Shown one piece after another: positions 24,701 to 36,221 of a stretch of DNA of 64,000 nucleotides (position 1 is its first letter; each line of letters opens with the position of its first letter). A program made the translations under genes and the position numbers. Below the pieces are notes generated by a model. The model saw nothing but the letters and a program-made list of their open reading frames with translations. It was not told the origin of the DNA and did not search any database. Source of the stretch: Tubiluchus corallicola (lineage: Eukaryota; Animalia; Priapulida); NCBI GenBank assembly GCA_030141605.1, contig JAQGDQ010000013.1, forward strand, positions 1,254,447-1,318,446, given 5' to 3'.

Positions 24701-26888
24701 GGGCCTTTGCTAGTTATATATTAATTGATTATATCTTTTTTTCAGTATTTGACGCTGCCATCATGTGTGGCACCACTGAAATGTGGAGTGTTTCCTTTAA
24801 GCTCAAATAAAGAATTTGACCCATTCGTAAGACAACTGTGTAAGTAGGAATTTGATATTATGCAGCTGTTATGTTTTTTTATTTCCTTGTAAGGAGGCTA
24901 ATATAACATGTACCACGCTCAACTGGGCCGTACGTAAGAACAGAACTACTTCTTTATATTCATCAGTCATAATAAGACAGAGATTTTATTGTGAAAATCT
25001 ATAATGTTTAGGCTTTGACAGTAATATTTTGTAGTAAAAGTTGTACTCATAATTTTTGTTACACTTGGCTAAGGTTTATTTAAATGTGTTTACGCTATGT
25101 GAACAATTAACTACAATGTGCAGAGTTTTTTGTACCATTCTATTTTCAGTGACATTTGGATTAATTTCAATATTTCGAAAAGTTTTTTCAACTCTTGTTA
25201 GTGAATCAAAATTTGTACTGTATAGGTCTTTACTGTACGTGTTAAAAATTCATTTAGTTATCATGCCAGAATGGATCGCTTCTCCGCCTTTTGGCTATGA
25301 TTTAAAATCTTGTATCAGATAGCCTGCTATAATTTGGCGATTGCATGACTATACATATAATTATAGGTATCAACGTTAACCTTTAGCAAAAGGACAAGTC
25401 GTTTAGCATGTTGAGTTTATTTTATTGTTAAACTTAAACTTAGAAAAATATAACAAAGAACTTTGCAAAAAAGTGTCTGTAAGAGCTATAGTGCTGCTGT
25501 ACAGAAGTTTCGGGCAGTTTGGTAGCCGCCATTCACTTGAAAATTATGGCGTAACTGGTGGACTTCATGACATTTCATGTTCTGCAAAAACTAATTCAAA
25601 CCTTCTGCAGCTTATCTTTTCATCATGCAAAAATATTACAACATTAAGCATTTCGTTTTTCGTAAAAGCTTATACTTTTCACGGATATTGACAGAGTGCT
25701 GCTTTTCTTCATTCGACAAATGACATCACTGGTGGAAAAGGGACGGTTCCATGTAGAGGAGTCCAAGCGTGAAATAATCGCAACTTTATAAGTGATTTTA
25801 CTAATTAGATGAGGTGATTATTGCGCTTCTGTTACTGAATCCAAACATTTTTGAAAAAAGTCCGACTTCCCAGAAGGCTTGGCCCTTCCTTTAAGCACAA
25901 CATACTTCATATTTCCTTAACCTTAATGCATTTTACTCTAATGTATCTCTTCGGCGTATTGGAAACTAAGATACTTTACACTACTATGCATAAATTTGCC
26001 CTTTGCTTATGTTCATTCTACAGCGGAAGATTTGACGAAATGGAATGTCTCTCACAAAGTGGACAATAGCAGCGGGTCAATTGGCAGGAGATACGCAAGA
26101 ACAGACGAGATTGCAATTCCTTTTGGCATAACCATAGACTTTGATACACTAAAGGAACCTCACACTGCTACATTGCGTGAAAGAGACAGCATGTTGCAAA
26201 TCAGAGCACCTGTAAGTAACTTGGAGTTCTTTGTTTTTGAATCCACTAGTGAAATTAAAAGTTAAAATCTCAAAAGTCCAGATCAAAAATAACCAGTGAA
26301 TTAACCAGCTATGACTAAAATTTTTGGTTACATGGAGTCGTCAACTTACGACCATAATCTGTTCTGGTGTATTGTTCGTAAAATGAATTGGATGCAAGTC
26401 AAACCCATGCCTACACGGAAGGCGTTGTGTGTACACTCACTAAGTGTGGCTTCTCCTAAAATTAACTTATAATAGTAGGTAGCCATTTACAGTTAATTTG
26501 TTTAAAAAGTAGAATGAAATGAGTTACAGTTGGTTTTGCGGTAGGGTTGTGAAGTTGAGCAGTCGTAGGCGCACAGATCATAGTCAGTGACTACTAATAC
26601 ATAAAATTCTATTGTTGCAAAAATGTTGGGTATTGTGGGTATGTTGAGCAAATGCATTTAAGGTGTGCCACTTTATACCCTTTTCTTGGCAATAGGTGTC
26701 TCTATGCGCAATGTACTATTACTAGTACTACTTTCTTGTTGCTGTCACTATCTATTGAAATCAATATTTGCCTTTTTCAGTTATCAGAGTTGCCGGTGAT
26801 ATTAAGCGACCTGTCCAATGAAAAGACAACATGGGCTAAAGTTCAAGAGAAGTATCCACGTTTTGAACAGCAAGAAACAAAGAGTTAA
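6534..26888 (+). CDS. GARS1: Glycine--tRNA ligase (eukaryotic homodimeric class II), 16 exons, 733 aa; second in-frame ATG at 6696 gives 679 aa
   Basis: Exons join in phase to 2202 nt. WHEP domain, [52 protein letters not shown] and the anticodon-binding domain ([12 protein letters not shown]). Confidence 0.97.
7406..7559. repeat. 75-bp tandem duplication in GARS1 intron 1
   Basis: tatacacctaacctaaaagcaatagaa...cttaaactagaaac at 7406 and 7481. Confidence 0.9.
8364..8465 (+). CDS. GARS1: GARS1 exon 2 (WHEP domain)
   Basis: cag / gtaagc; [34 protein letters not shown]. Confidence 0.95.
9720..9822 (+). CDS. GARS1: GARS1 exon 3
   Basis: tag / gtgagt; [23 protein letters not shown]. Confidence 0.95.
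12073..12214 (+). CDS. GARS1: GARS1 exon 4
   Basis: tag / gtaagc; [16 protein letters not shown]...[18 protein letters not shown]. Confidence 0.95.
12958..13123 (+). CDS. GARS1: GARS1 exon 5
   Basis: cag / gtaata; [15 protein letters not shown]...ILVR. Confidence 0.95.
14036..16030. repeat. 111-bp tandem repeat, about 18 copies, in GARS1 intron 5
   Basis: Unit tctgaatatgcttaagtcagttaatttttggagg...gacattgtctatttcctctg repeats with near identity; it explains the repetitive ORFs at 14226-15992. Confidence 0.97.
16055..16200 (+). CDS. GARS1: GARS1 exon 6
   Basis: tag / gtaagt; LDGFD...[16 protein letters not shown]. Confidence 0.95.
16647..16796 (+). CDS. GARS1: GARS1 exon 7
   Basis: tag / gtaaaa; [18 protein letters not shown]...[10 protein letters not shown]. 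Confidence 0.95.
17270..17432 (+). CDS. GARS1: GARS1 exon 8
   Basis: cag / gtaaat; [13 protein letters not shown]...SAVED. Confidence 0.95.
18055..18219 (+). CDS. GARS1: GARS1 exon 9
   Basis: cag / gtaagt; [11 protein letters not shown]...[18 protein letters not shown]. Confidence 0.95.
18440..18547 (+). CDS. GARS1: GARS1 exon 10
   Basis: tag acceptor; [16 protein letters not shown]...EKKLAEP, followed by ATATCCTT donor. Confidence 0.95.
18548..19677 (+). other. GARS1: U12-type (minor spliceosome) AT-AC intron 10 of GARS1
   Basis: 5' end ATATCCTTT; branch-site-like TTTTCCGTAAC ending 19667; terminal AC at 19676-19677; this junction keeps the reading frame. Confidence 0.93.
19678..19823 (+). 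CDS. GARS1: GARS1 exon 11
   Basis: ac / gtgagt; [20 protein letters not shown]... Confidence 0.93.
21512..21597 (+). CDS. GARS1: GARS1 exon 12
   Basis: cag / gtaagc; [23 protein letters not shown]. Confidence 0.95.
21925..22034 (+). CDS. GARS1: GARS1 exon 13
   Basis: tag / gtgagt; [25 protein letters not shown]...EQRT. Confidence 0.95.
22186..23911 (+). mobile_element. Non-autonomous Helitron copy 1 (about 810-bp core plus about 915-bp 3' extension)
   Basis: Starts A|TC; internal hairpin CGCAAAA-TC-TTTTGCG followed by CTAT (22967-22995); ends with a second hairpin CACAAAA-TTCT-TTTTGTG and CTAG at 23908-23911. Confidence 0.8.
23140..23870. repeat. Degenerate (TGG/GTGTG)n simple-sequence tract, preceded by a short (CAT)n run
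   Basis: Directly visible low-complexity G/T tract; it produces the His/Thr/Pro-rich and Val/Trp/Cys-rich pseudo-ORFs. Confidence 0.95.
23912..24713 (+). mobile_element. Non-autonomous Helitron copy 2 (802 bp)
   Basis: Starts TC; similar to 22186-22995 along its length; hairpin 24685-24700, then CTAG|T at 24710-24714; no TSD. Confidence 0.85.
24746..24839 (+). CDS. GARS1: GARS1 exon 14
   Basis: cag / gtaagt; [31 protein letters not shown]. Confidence 0.95.
26024..26211 (+). CDS. GARS1: GARS1 exon 15
   Basis: cag / gtaagt; [31 protein letters not shown]...QIRAP. Confidence 0.95.
26781..26888 (+). CDS. GARS1: GARS1 exon 16 (last coding)
   Basis: tttttcag acceptor; [11 protein letters not shown]...[11 protein letters not shown]; ATTAAA at 27021. 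Confidence 0.95.
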   Translation, partial: LSELPVILSDLSNEKTTWAKVQEKYPRFEQQETKS

Positions 26889-29736
26889 AGCTGGTCAATC
26901 TTCTAGGATATTTCCTATTTATTTTAGTTACATGAGAAATTGCTGGTTGGCTTAATATTTGACATATATCAGAATTATAAGGCTAAAAGCTATGGTACTT
27001 TTAACAAGCTATTGCGGACCATTAAATGTCTCTTGCTTTTGTTGTTGTTAAATTGATAAATTATACATTCTATTTTAAATTTCACTTTTCACCATGGAGG
27101 TACATGTCAGAGGGATTATGGAAAATTTGATTCAAATGCTTCTTGAAATGTTAAGTTATGTTATGGATAACCCGGTGGTTGGTGATATATTTAATTGTGC
27201 TACTGTTGCTTGAAAAACAGCTGCACTGAAAATCAATTCTTGTCTTTCGAACTTGCAAATCTTACCTTTCTGCCTGTGCTTGTTTTATTTTTATGAAGGT
27301 AGTTTGCAGACACAGTTTAAACTCACAATCTGTGTTCATGATGCTTTGTGCATTCTTTGAATAATATCAGAAATGCCATTTTCCAGATCAGAAATCCTCT
27401 TTTAGCAAAAATATTCATCATAGTTTGTTATATATACTACCCTGATGAACTAATTCTTGGTGGCATGTTAATAAATGCTGATATGATATTATGCATGAAG
27501 TATAAAAACACAGTATAACAACATTATAGTGAATGTGGTTTATTGCATTCACACTAGTAATGCAAACTAGCAAAAAACTAGTATAATAGCTTTGAATACA
27601 GGTCACTTTTTGTTTGGCCCCAATTGTCTGCATTACTACATATTTTAAGTTTTTGGAAATTAATTTACAGCTAAATTTAACCATTTCTGGTGTTGCAAGA
27701 AAGTTGATTGGTACAGTATGTGGAGTTGTTAACATGGTTAACATGTCGAAAGGTAACTTTCTCTACTAAGTGCATAAAAGTATTGTCAAAACTTGCAAAT
27801 TTAAATTCCCGGCCTCTACTAGATGGCATAACTGCATTGATGCAGAGAAACAATACTTCAAGACATTGCAGAGTTTGGTTGACTGGTGTGCATTTTGCAA
27901 AAAAATTGACTTGGTATAGCAAACCACTCACTTTATAATGATACAAACTAGATTTATTTATCAACAACTTCAATAATTCTTTTACACGATATATATTCAC
28001 AACTGATACGACATATTGTTGCTATGTGATATAATTTTGTATTGTTACTTGGTTTGTAAAATGAATCTTTATAACTATTTTAACCAGCAAGGTTTGCATG
28101 TTCATGTTACGTGTCACCTTTTGAGTTACAGTTAAAAATGTAGGTTCCTGACTTCAGTACATTTTTTTGCTGCTCATCTCTGAAATTCTTTCACATTGCA
28201 GCATAAGATGCCATGCTTCTAAATGAAAATCTTTACCACTATCATTTGTATAAGCTTGAAACAGATAATTATTTATAAATGGTTACACACTTTTTTCCTC
28301 TATCACAGCTGACATGGCATTTTCTTGAGAAAACTCGGACTTTCTGTAAAAAAATTTTTGCAGGTTTTTCTGTTAAAACAATGTAATTTTGCAATTTTGT
28401 CTTCCATTTAAGAATCTCGTAATTGTAGAGACTACAAAGAGTTTCGAAGTCATGTCAACCAGTTTTTTCAACTGAACATATTAGTCTTGCTGCAAAATCA
28501 AAACAAGAAAAGATTACTGTTCTTGATTAAAAATAAAAGCTGAAAATGTTGATTGTTCAACTTAAGCATACTGAACTCATCTTTTGCTCATTGCATATCT
28601 TTCATCATCCGTTTTTAACAATAAAAGGGAGTATTAAACTTGGATAGTAGTGCAACACAAATTTTGTACAAACCTTGCCAAATTAAGAAGCTTTTTACTT
28701 AATAAGGTCCTAAAATACAATCCTAGAATTTTGGAAGGATTGTGTGTTAAATAAAGTAAAGACCTTAATTTTTGTTTACAGCATTTATTATTTCAAATTA
28801 TTCAAACATAAATGCAACAATACTTGCACTTATACATAATAAATCGTTTTCTTCGATAAAATGAGCTTTAAAAGCTGTATAAAAAATACATCACATCTTT
28901 CCGATGGGCAGCTTTTCCACTGACGAATATAAATATGAAAAATGCATAAAAAAAAATCATTTACATCTTTAACTGTAAGCAACTTTTTAATCGATAAATA
29001 TAAAAAAAATCATCTCTAACAATGAGCAAGTTTTTCACTGAAAATAATTACAAATGCAAAAATAATTTTGACTAGACTTGAAGTGACTTCACTAGATTTA
29101 AACAGGATAACTTTTCAATAAATATAAATATAAACCTGAATAAAAAAATAATGCTTATAAAAAATTCGTGTTTAACAATAAGTGCTCAATATTCGACTAG
29201 ACTTGAAACTTGGCAGCGAATGAGACAACATATACTACAACTTGATAAAACATTGATCAAATTATTAATTGCTTACTCGTTTTGAATTTCTAGACTTAAA
29301 TACATTCCTTTAGTAAACAAGCGATAAAACTTCTCATCGCCCTTTCAACATTATACTTCTTTTTCTCCTTTGTCTTGTTCTTGTGAAAATAAAGAAACCA
29401 GCAACAATAAGTACAGTGTAAGCCAACCAATATCTGAACTTCTACTATTGTTAAAAATAGAGAGGAACTCAGGAAGCCAAGGTCTTTGAGACGTGCATTG
29501 TCTGTGAGTGCATTCTTTCCATCAGACACGAAAATAAGCGGTCATAATTAGAGTCACCTGTCAACAAAAAATTATATAATTACTGAAACGTTTACTCAAA
29601 ATGCATGTGTCGCAGAACATGGGCACATTTTTTACATAACAAATTAAAGCTATAAGTATACATCTAGCTTCACTGAAAGACTTCTAATATCATTATCAGT
29701 GCTGCAAACGGTAACTTGCCTCTTCATTTTCATTTA

Positions 29737-29870
29737 CAGCCAAACCTCGTTATAATGCCCCAACATCTATAATGCCAAAGTTGCTTAACCTCTATTTGGC
29801 AAAACAAAATGTTTATATTTGCACAGACACGTATGTAGTAATGCCAAAGTCGTGCAATGCAAACTTTTTT
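29737..29870 (+). mobile_element. Orphan pogo/Tigger-type left terminus
   Basis: TA|CAGCCAAACCTCGTTATAATG matches 19/21 the reverse complement of the TIR at 32052-32072; followed by repeated AATGCC(A) motifs. Confidence 0.5.
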
Positions 29871-30660
29871 TTGCCGTAGCAAAGTAAGCAATATAAAGAA
29901 GTTTTGGCTACCCTGTTTAACACCTGGCTGAACAGCACAAACTTGTTTTGAAGTGACTTTGCCATGATCGTTGTTAACCAGGTCTTACACGCAGATTTAC
30001 GTAAAATGGTTTTCATGTAATAAAAGCCAAAATAATTGACCTAGTTTACTAATGATATAACCTTTATCCACATTAGTTACTTTACTCAAAAAACAAGTTC
30101 AATAAGAAATGTTTCATTATCCTATTGCAGATGTAGATGTATATGTAGTTGGGCGAACATATCAAGTCACCATTTGCACAAAAATAGAAACTTCAGTTAC
30201 TAATACATACCAAATTTGATCTGCTGGCAACATTAAACATTCCAATTAAATTTCTATTAATAGATGCAAAGCTTAAATAATTTAATATGTAAACACAATT
30301 AAACATATTTAAACACACTAGAAACAAGCTTTAGTTTATAAATAACAAATTAGTGCTAATGTATCCTTGTTTAAAGCAGTCTAGACATTGCTTGCATCTG
30401 GTGACCTGTAGATCATTGTAGCGATTGTACCTTGATATACTCAGCCCATTGTTAATGTTAGCACTGTCGACTGTTCCCGGGTTTGTGCAACTGCTTGCGT
30501 AAACCTCATAACACATTGTGCAGTGACTTTCATTGCAAAGTTTGCCTTCAGTAACTAGAAACAAAATATGCATTTAACATGGGTACAAGTTGACAAATGT
30601 TGAATTAAATTACAAGTTTTTTTACTATACAGGCACTTATAAAGCTAAAAAAATAACTGG

Positions 30661-33347
30661 TGTTGGTAATGATGACCTATTGTGTTACTTAAATAATAGA
30701 TGAATAATGATAGTGATGTGACGACGGTAGTCGCAGATGTACAAGACGATGGTTTAAAATGTTTTTAAGTGATCTGCCTGTTTCTAGGCAACCAAGTCAG
30801 GTATATAACAGTGACGAAACTGGACTGTTCTTCAAAATGCTTCCCGATCGTACGCTGGCAAAGAAAGGGGAAGAAGTGCATGGTTCTAAGAAAAGTAAAG
30901 AGCGGGTGACCTTGATGTTCTGTGTGAATGCAGATGGTAGCGATAAGTACAAGCTCACAATGATTGGGAAATCGCGCAACCCACGTTGCTTTAACCGTGT
31001 TGACATGCGTATTCTACCAGTGACATACGAATCCCAGAAAAATGTGTGGATGGACCAACATGTGTAGAGGAAAGGGATCACAGAATGAAGAGGAAAGGGA
31101 CGAAAGCTCTGCTGCTAATGGACAACGTCGGCTCACACAAACATGACGAAATCAAACTGGAGGCTACTACAGTTCACCTACTCCCGCCAAATTGCACCAG
31201 TAAATGACAGCCCCTTGATCAAGGAATCATCGAGAATTGTAAAAGGAAGTAACGAACAGCGATACTGCGGAGAATGATAGCCGATATCGAAGCTGGCAAG
31301 CAAACAAAAATCGATCTTAGAGATGCAGCAACGTACATAGGAAAGTGCTGGAAAGACGTGTCCGTTTTCTGTATTGCCAACTGCTTTCGCAAAGCGGGCT
31401 TCAATTTCCCGATCGACAATAATGCTGAACCGGTGGCAACCGTCACTGACGATACCACAGAGGTGTCTGTACAAGAAAGAAACGTTTGGGACTTCATCGC
31501 CAATGAACTAAACTTATCGGAAACAACGTTCGAGAAGTATGTGAGTTGTGATTCGGAGCTGGCTACCGACAAGAGTGACTTGACCGAGAGAGAGACCATA
31601 CAGTACGTTACAGACATGAATGACGGCGGTGAGCAGGACCAGCCAGAGACTGAAAGTGACGTTACTGTAACTCAAACCTGTTCAGGGAGTGAAGCGATGG
31701 AGCACCTCGGATATGTGCGAGGAATTGACGGACTCGATTTGATCGCTGAGCTAGAACAGAACATTACCACGAAGATTGCGAGTGATACTGGTGCGAAAAA
31801 ACAGGCAAAAATCACAGATTTTTTTGGACAGTAGCTGACTAATTCATCTAACAAAATTATAGATTCAGCCTTGTATCAAATATGGCATTTGAATAAAACC
31901 GTTTGACGTTCGATTATAAACATTATTTCATTTAGTGTTGATTTCTATGATCCCATTGTATCTATTGTAGGGTAGTCTGGCTTCAGATATGGTACCCCTC
32001 GGTATAATGGACTCTTGTTATAATGGACTTTTTGAGCGCTCCCTTAAAGTCCATTATAGCGAGGTTTGACTGTATATGAGGAGCTCGACAAATATTATAT
32101 TGGCCAGGTATGAGACAAGACATCCAACGAGTATTTTAAGAATGCCAAACATGTGCAGCATATACCATGTCTTTCCCAAAGGAATCATGTTATCACATGA
32201 TATTCCTAACCTGCCATGGAGTCTCATTTCTCAAGACCTATGCACATTCAACGGAAAATGATATCTAATCTCCATAGATCACTACTCCAAGTTTCATTGA
32301 AGCAGAAACACTAGAAAATACTCATGCAAAAACTATTGTGGATGCCACCAAACATATTTTTGCACAACATGGAATACCTGATCAAGTTGTTACTAATAAT
32401 GGGCCACAGCTTATCAGCGACAAATATTCTACTTTCAAAAAGAAATATACTTCCACTCCATACTATTTCTCAAGGAAATGGAAAGGTGGAAGCAGCCTTA
32501 AAAGTTTTCAAGACTTTAGCATAGAAATCACCTGATCCACGGTTAGCCTTATTGGATTACCATAAAACTCCTAATGCTGGAATGAACTATTCCCCGGCAC
32601 AGAGACTGATGTCTCGACGTCTAAAAGCTTTAATACCTATATCTAAGACTCTTTGTGAACTTGAACTTATGCATGGAGTCAAAGAAGAAATTACTGCCAA
32701 GAGGAAGAAAGACAAAGATCATTATGACAAAAACGCAGTAACATCAAAATAAGACAAACACATAGGCAAAACTGTCTACTTCAACCCACCAGTGGATAGA
32801 AAAGGACCTTGGAAATTTGGTCAAATAACAGACTCTACACATCACAGATCTTACAAGATCAGAATGCCCGAAGGAAATCTAACAGGTAGAAGTCGCCGAC
32901 ATGTAAGACCAACTCATCGACCTATGATAGAAGCACTACCTGAAAACAATTACAAAGTGCTTCATGTTCCAGTTGATAAAAACCAAAAGAACCTACAGCC
33001 AACCAAATCAATTCCACAGCCACCATGTAAAAACACCCAATACTAAATATCACAAGGGATATAAATCAGTTACACACACGAGATCTGGAAGACAAGTTAA
33101 ACCCAGAGACATTCTTGATTTATAAATGTTTTGAATGAACAATCGTAATGTGAATTATAATTTCTGTTGTTAAAGAGAAACAACACATGTAACGCAAAGT
33201 AGCTGCAAACCCTAATTTCATTTTGTGAACAGTTCAAGTCAAACGTGATTGAGATGTTTGATTAAGATTTTAATTTTAAAAATAAAAGGGATGTTGGTAA
33301 TGATGACCTATTGTGTTACTTATAATAACAGATGAATAATGACATCA
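30661..33347 (+). mobile_element. Gypsy-like LTR retrotransposon remnant (two short LTR-like direct repeats, degraded integrase, PPT)
   Basis: About 50-bp repeat TGTTGGTAATGATGACCTATTGTGTTACTT at 30661 and 33292, the latter preceded by purine tract AAAAGGGA. Frameshifted integrase at 32076-33125 (PWSLISQDL, HGIPDQVVTNNGPQ, NGKVEAA, SPAQRLMSRRL, RSGRQVKP). Confidence 0.75.
30759..32072 (+). mobile_element. 5'-truncated pogo/Tigger transposon with a disrupted DDE_1 transposase
   Basis: VYNSDETGLFFKMLPDRTLA, KERVTLMFCVNADGS, LLMDN, PLDQGII, KQAKITDFF; internal stops and frameshift; right TIR ...GAGGTTTGACTG|TA. Confidence 0.88.
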
Positions 33348-34381
33348 ATTTCTTTTCATCAGGTCTACTTAATCATTACCTGTTTGACATAATTAGTGTA
33401 TAATTTACTGTAGGAATTTCTTTTCTACTGGTCTACTTATTCGTTAACTATTTGGCTTCTGTTAAATACATAATTCATAATGTTCCATAATGTTAGGCTC
33501 TGATTATATAAACTGATTGTATGTTTGTAAAAATTTACCACTGACAATGACAATAGTAGCTCTGTCGAAATGTTTGACATGATTGTTAACTATGTAAATG
33601 AAAAGTTTTAATAAAGTTGTGGTGTTTTAACTACAAGTGTTGTTTATTTCGTAAAATGACAATAATCTCTCGTGTTGCTAATGACAAGCACAAGGTTTAA
33701 ATGGTTTGCATTCAAAGCGCACCTAGTTTAATAAAAAAGTTTTCCCCATCATCAATTGTGAAACTGTTTTACCATTGCATGTGTTTACATTGCCTTGACT
33801 TTGCAGCCTAGGGAAGCAGAAAATAAAATGGACGCTCAGTCCTCTCCTAATATTAGCACAGTTGTGCTAATCCTTCCTAATATTAGTTGTGATTAAAACA
33901 TTATTTGTAAAAAATAATGATTTTCAAAATAATATAAGTGTTCATCTGACAACATTATGGTCACATTACTTCAAAGAAAAAAAACAATGAATATTGCAGT
34001 TAATTGGTTTACTTACCTGCTTTTGGTTGAAGTTTGCCAATGGTGTTATATCCAAATGCACTGAAATTAAATCTGGTAGTTATGGTAGTCATACCTCTCT
34101 GAGAGATGCTCACACCTTTTCTGCCCAAATGAACTCCAAAACCACACATCCGACAGATCTCCAACTACGAGAAGACAAATGTGAAGAAAATGTCTCACGT
34201 GGGAAGTTGCCTGGTGTAACTCAAAAATCCTTCAGTTTAGGTGAGTCACGTTCATAAATGTTAAGTTATTCGAAAATGAAGTTTAGTAATCTTAATGTAA
34301 AAATGAATCTTAATGCTAACCTTAATTTAAAACTCTATGTTTCAGTGAATTTTGCTACAAAATTGCACAGAATTAACTTAA

Positions 34382-36221
34382 AGGACAAGAAAAGGCCTAG
34401 TTAAAGCAAGTCTCAGAAAATTTTCGCTAAAATAATTATAATGGTTAGAGGCAATCTTAAGTGTTTACCATACGTTAAAAGAATTTCCTGTTTGTTTTCA
34501 TTTTAAATACTGCCGCGAGACTGTTACGGCAGGGCCATATTAGATGGCATCACAGAAGCACAACACAAATCTTTACAGTACACGTGCTCAGAACTCACTG
34601 CGATTCTAACTATAAAGACAATCCATGAGTCAGAACTATTCGCTAGCGGTGTGTACAGTACGTCCCGAACTTTCAACTTTCAGTCTTCACAGTGTAGCGG
34701 TATCGCTTTCCTTATATTTGGTTTCGTGTTGAGTCATTTATTGTTGAAAATAGATTCATCTGATCTTGACGAGGAGATAGTGATTGCACCCCAGTCTGTT
34801 ATTGGCACTGGACACAAAGGTTTTCAATTTCAACCGGAAAAGGAAGCCTGTGAAGCTGCAACAGGTCATGAACTAGACTTTAACAGCAGTGAAAGTTCTA
34901 CTAAGGTAATCTTTATAGCACTTACACTTTTCATTTTAGCTTATTATTAGTTACATTACATATATGAAACTGCCTCAATAAAAACAACTTCAATATAATT
35001 TTTCTATAAGATACATTTTTAATTTATACATCTACAACTAATAACAACAAGGGCTAAGAAAGGTGTCCAATCAAAGGGCAAATGAAAATTAAAACAGCCT
35101 AATAATTTTATTGCCGGCATGCTGTAACATCTAGACTACTTAACTGTCTTACAAGGCTAATAACTGTGTATATAAGTTGCAAGGTATCAACAACTTATTT
35201 TTAACTATTCATGCTAACCTGAGAAGAATTTGAATGAAATGGATATTGTAAGCCATTACAACCGAAGTATTGCCCCTCATTCATGGAAGGCCTAGCTATT
35301 TACTATGAAATTCCTCAAAAGGCAAACATTAACAAGGGCTGTCATATCACCTATATTCAGTATAATGTATTAATTTGTAAATCACAAATACTATAAGGGA
35401 AGTATGAACTTTTCAGCTAGAATACTGGGCCTTACAATTCGGTGCTTAGAAACTGTTGGAACTGCATCCTCCTTCAGTGTTTTTCGCTTGGGTGGTGAAA
35501 GCCCCAGAATGTCGACGTATTTACTTTGATGAAAGCTGTCTTCCATGAAATGTTCTGAGCATACAAAGTTTGATTTGTTTGGTACAAAATCTTTCCTTGA
35601 CACATTATGTAACCACTTCCTTAATAATCCTGTTTTTTAAAGGAAAGTGGTAAAATTTCAATACTGAAATTGGTGTTCTCTGTGTGTTTCTACACCGAGG
35701 GACACAACAGACGGGCATCTTAGCGCTTTCTACATCTATTCAATGAACGCAAGTTTATTACATGATCATTATGAATAACAGTCAAAATAAAATGTTCAAT
35801 GCACTGTAGCTTACACTTTACAGTGCCATGCACTGAATTTTAAATACATCGTGCACAACAAAGACGCTTCTTGTCCAATGTTACACAATGAAACATTAAA
35901 ATAAGTTTTCCTGGCATTTCAAGCACCCAACACGAAAAGTCAGCATCACTATTACGATTGTTGATTGTTTGTAAATAGAAGCCCTGGCGACCGTGTTCGA
36001 GTGATGTCATGCCCACGTGATCAGTCACATGCTGGCTTTTCAAATGGCGAACTAAATGAAATGTCTGCACCAACGTTTACTGCAGCGGTTGAAATAGTTT
36101 ACAAAAATTGGAGTAAATGCGAAAACGCGATTACTTTATTTGTTTAAGATTATACTTAGGTGATATAATATTTTATTTCGAATTTTCTGAGGCTTGCTTT
36201 GGTTGGCCATTTTATTGTCCT
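34382..36221. mobile_element. Kolobok-like DNA transposon, internally deleted derivative
   Basis: TTAA|AGGACAAGAAAAGGCC...AAAGCAAGTCTCAGAAAATT and an imperfect inverted copy ending ...TTGTCCT at 36221; contains a THAP fragment (-) and a convergent FQFQP-containing fragment (+). Confidence 0.7.
35391..35718 (-). pseudogene. THAP zinc-finger N-terminus of a transposase, frameshifted and truncated
   Basis: MPVCCVPRC...FYHFP [frameshift near the A-run at 35635] LRKWLHNVSRKDFVP...VCSEHF...LKEDAVPT is the canonical THAP C2CH plus AVPT motif. Confidence 0.85.

Noticed and set aside
6759-26780. Intronic snoRNAs in GARS1 (several ATGATGA ... CTGA pairs)
   Set aside because: I could not recognise terminal stems or rRNA-complementary guides by eye; would need Infernal or snoscan.
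29296-29529. ORF resembling a membrane protein tail
   Set aside because: GTG start, an upstream in-frame stop and no recognisable homology.
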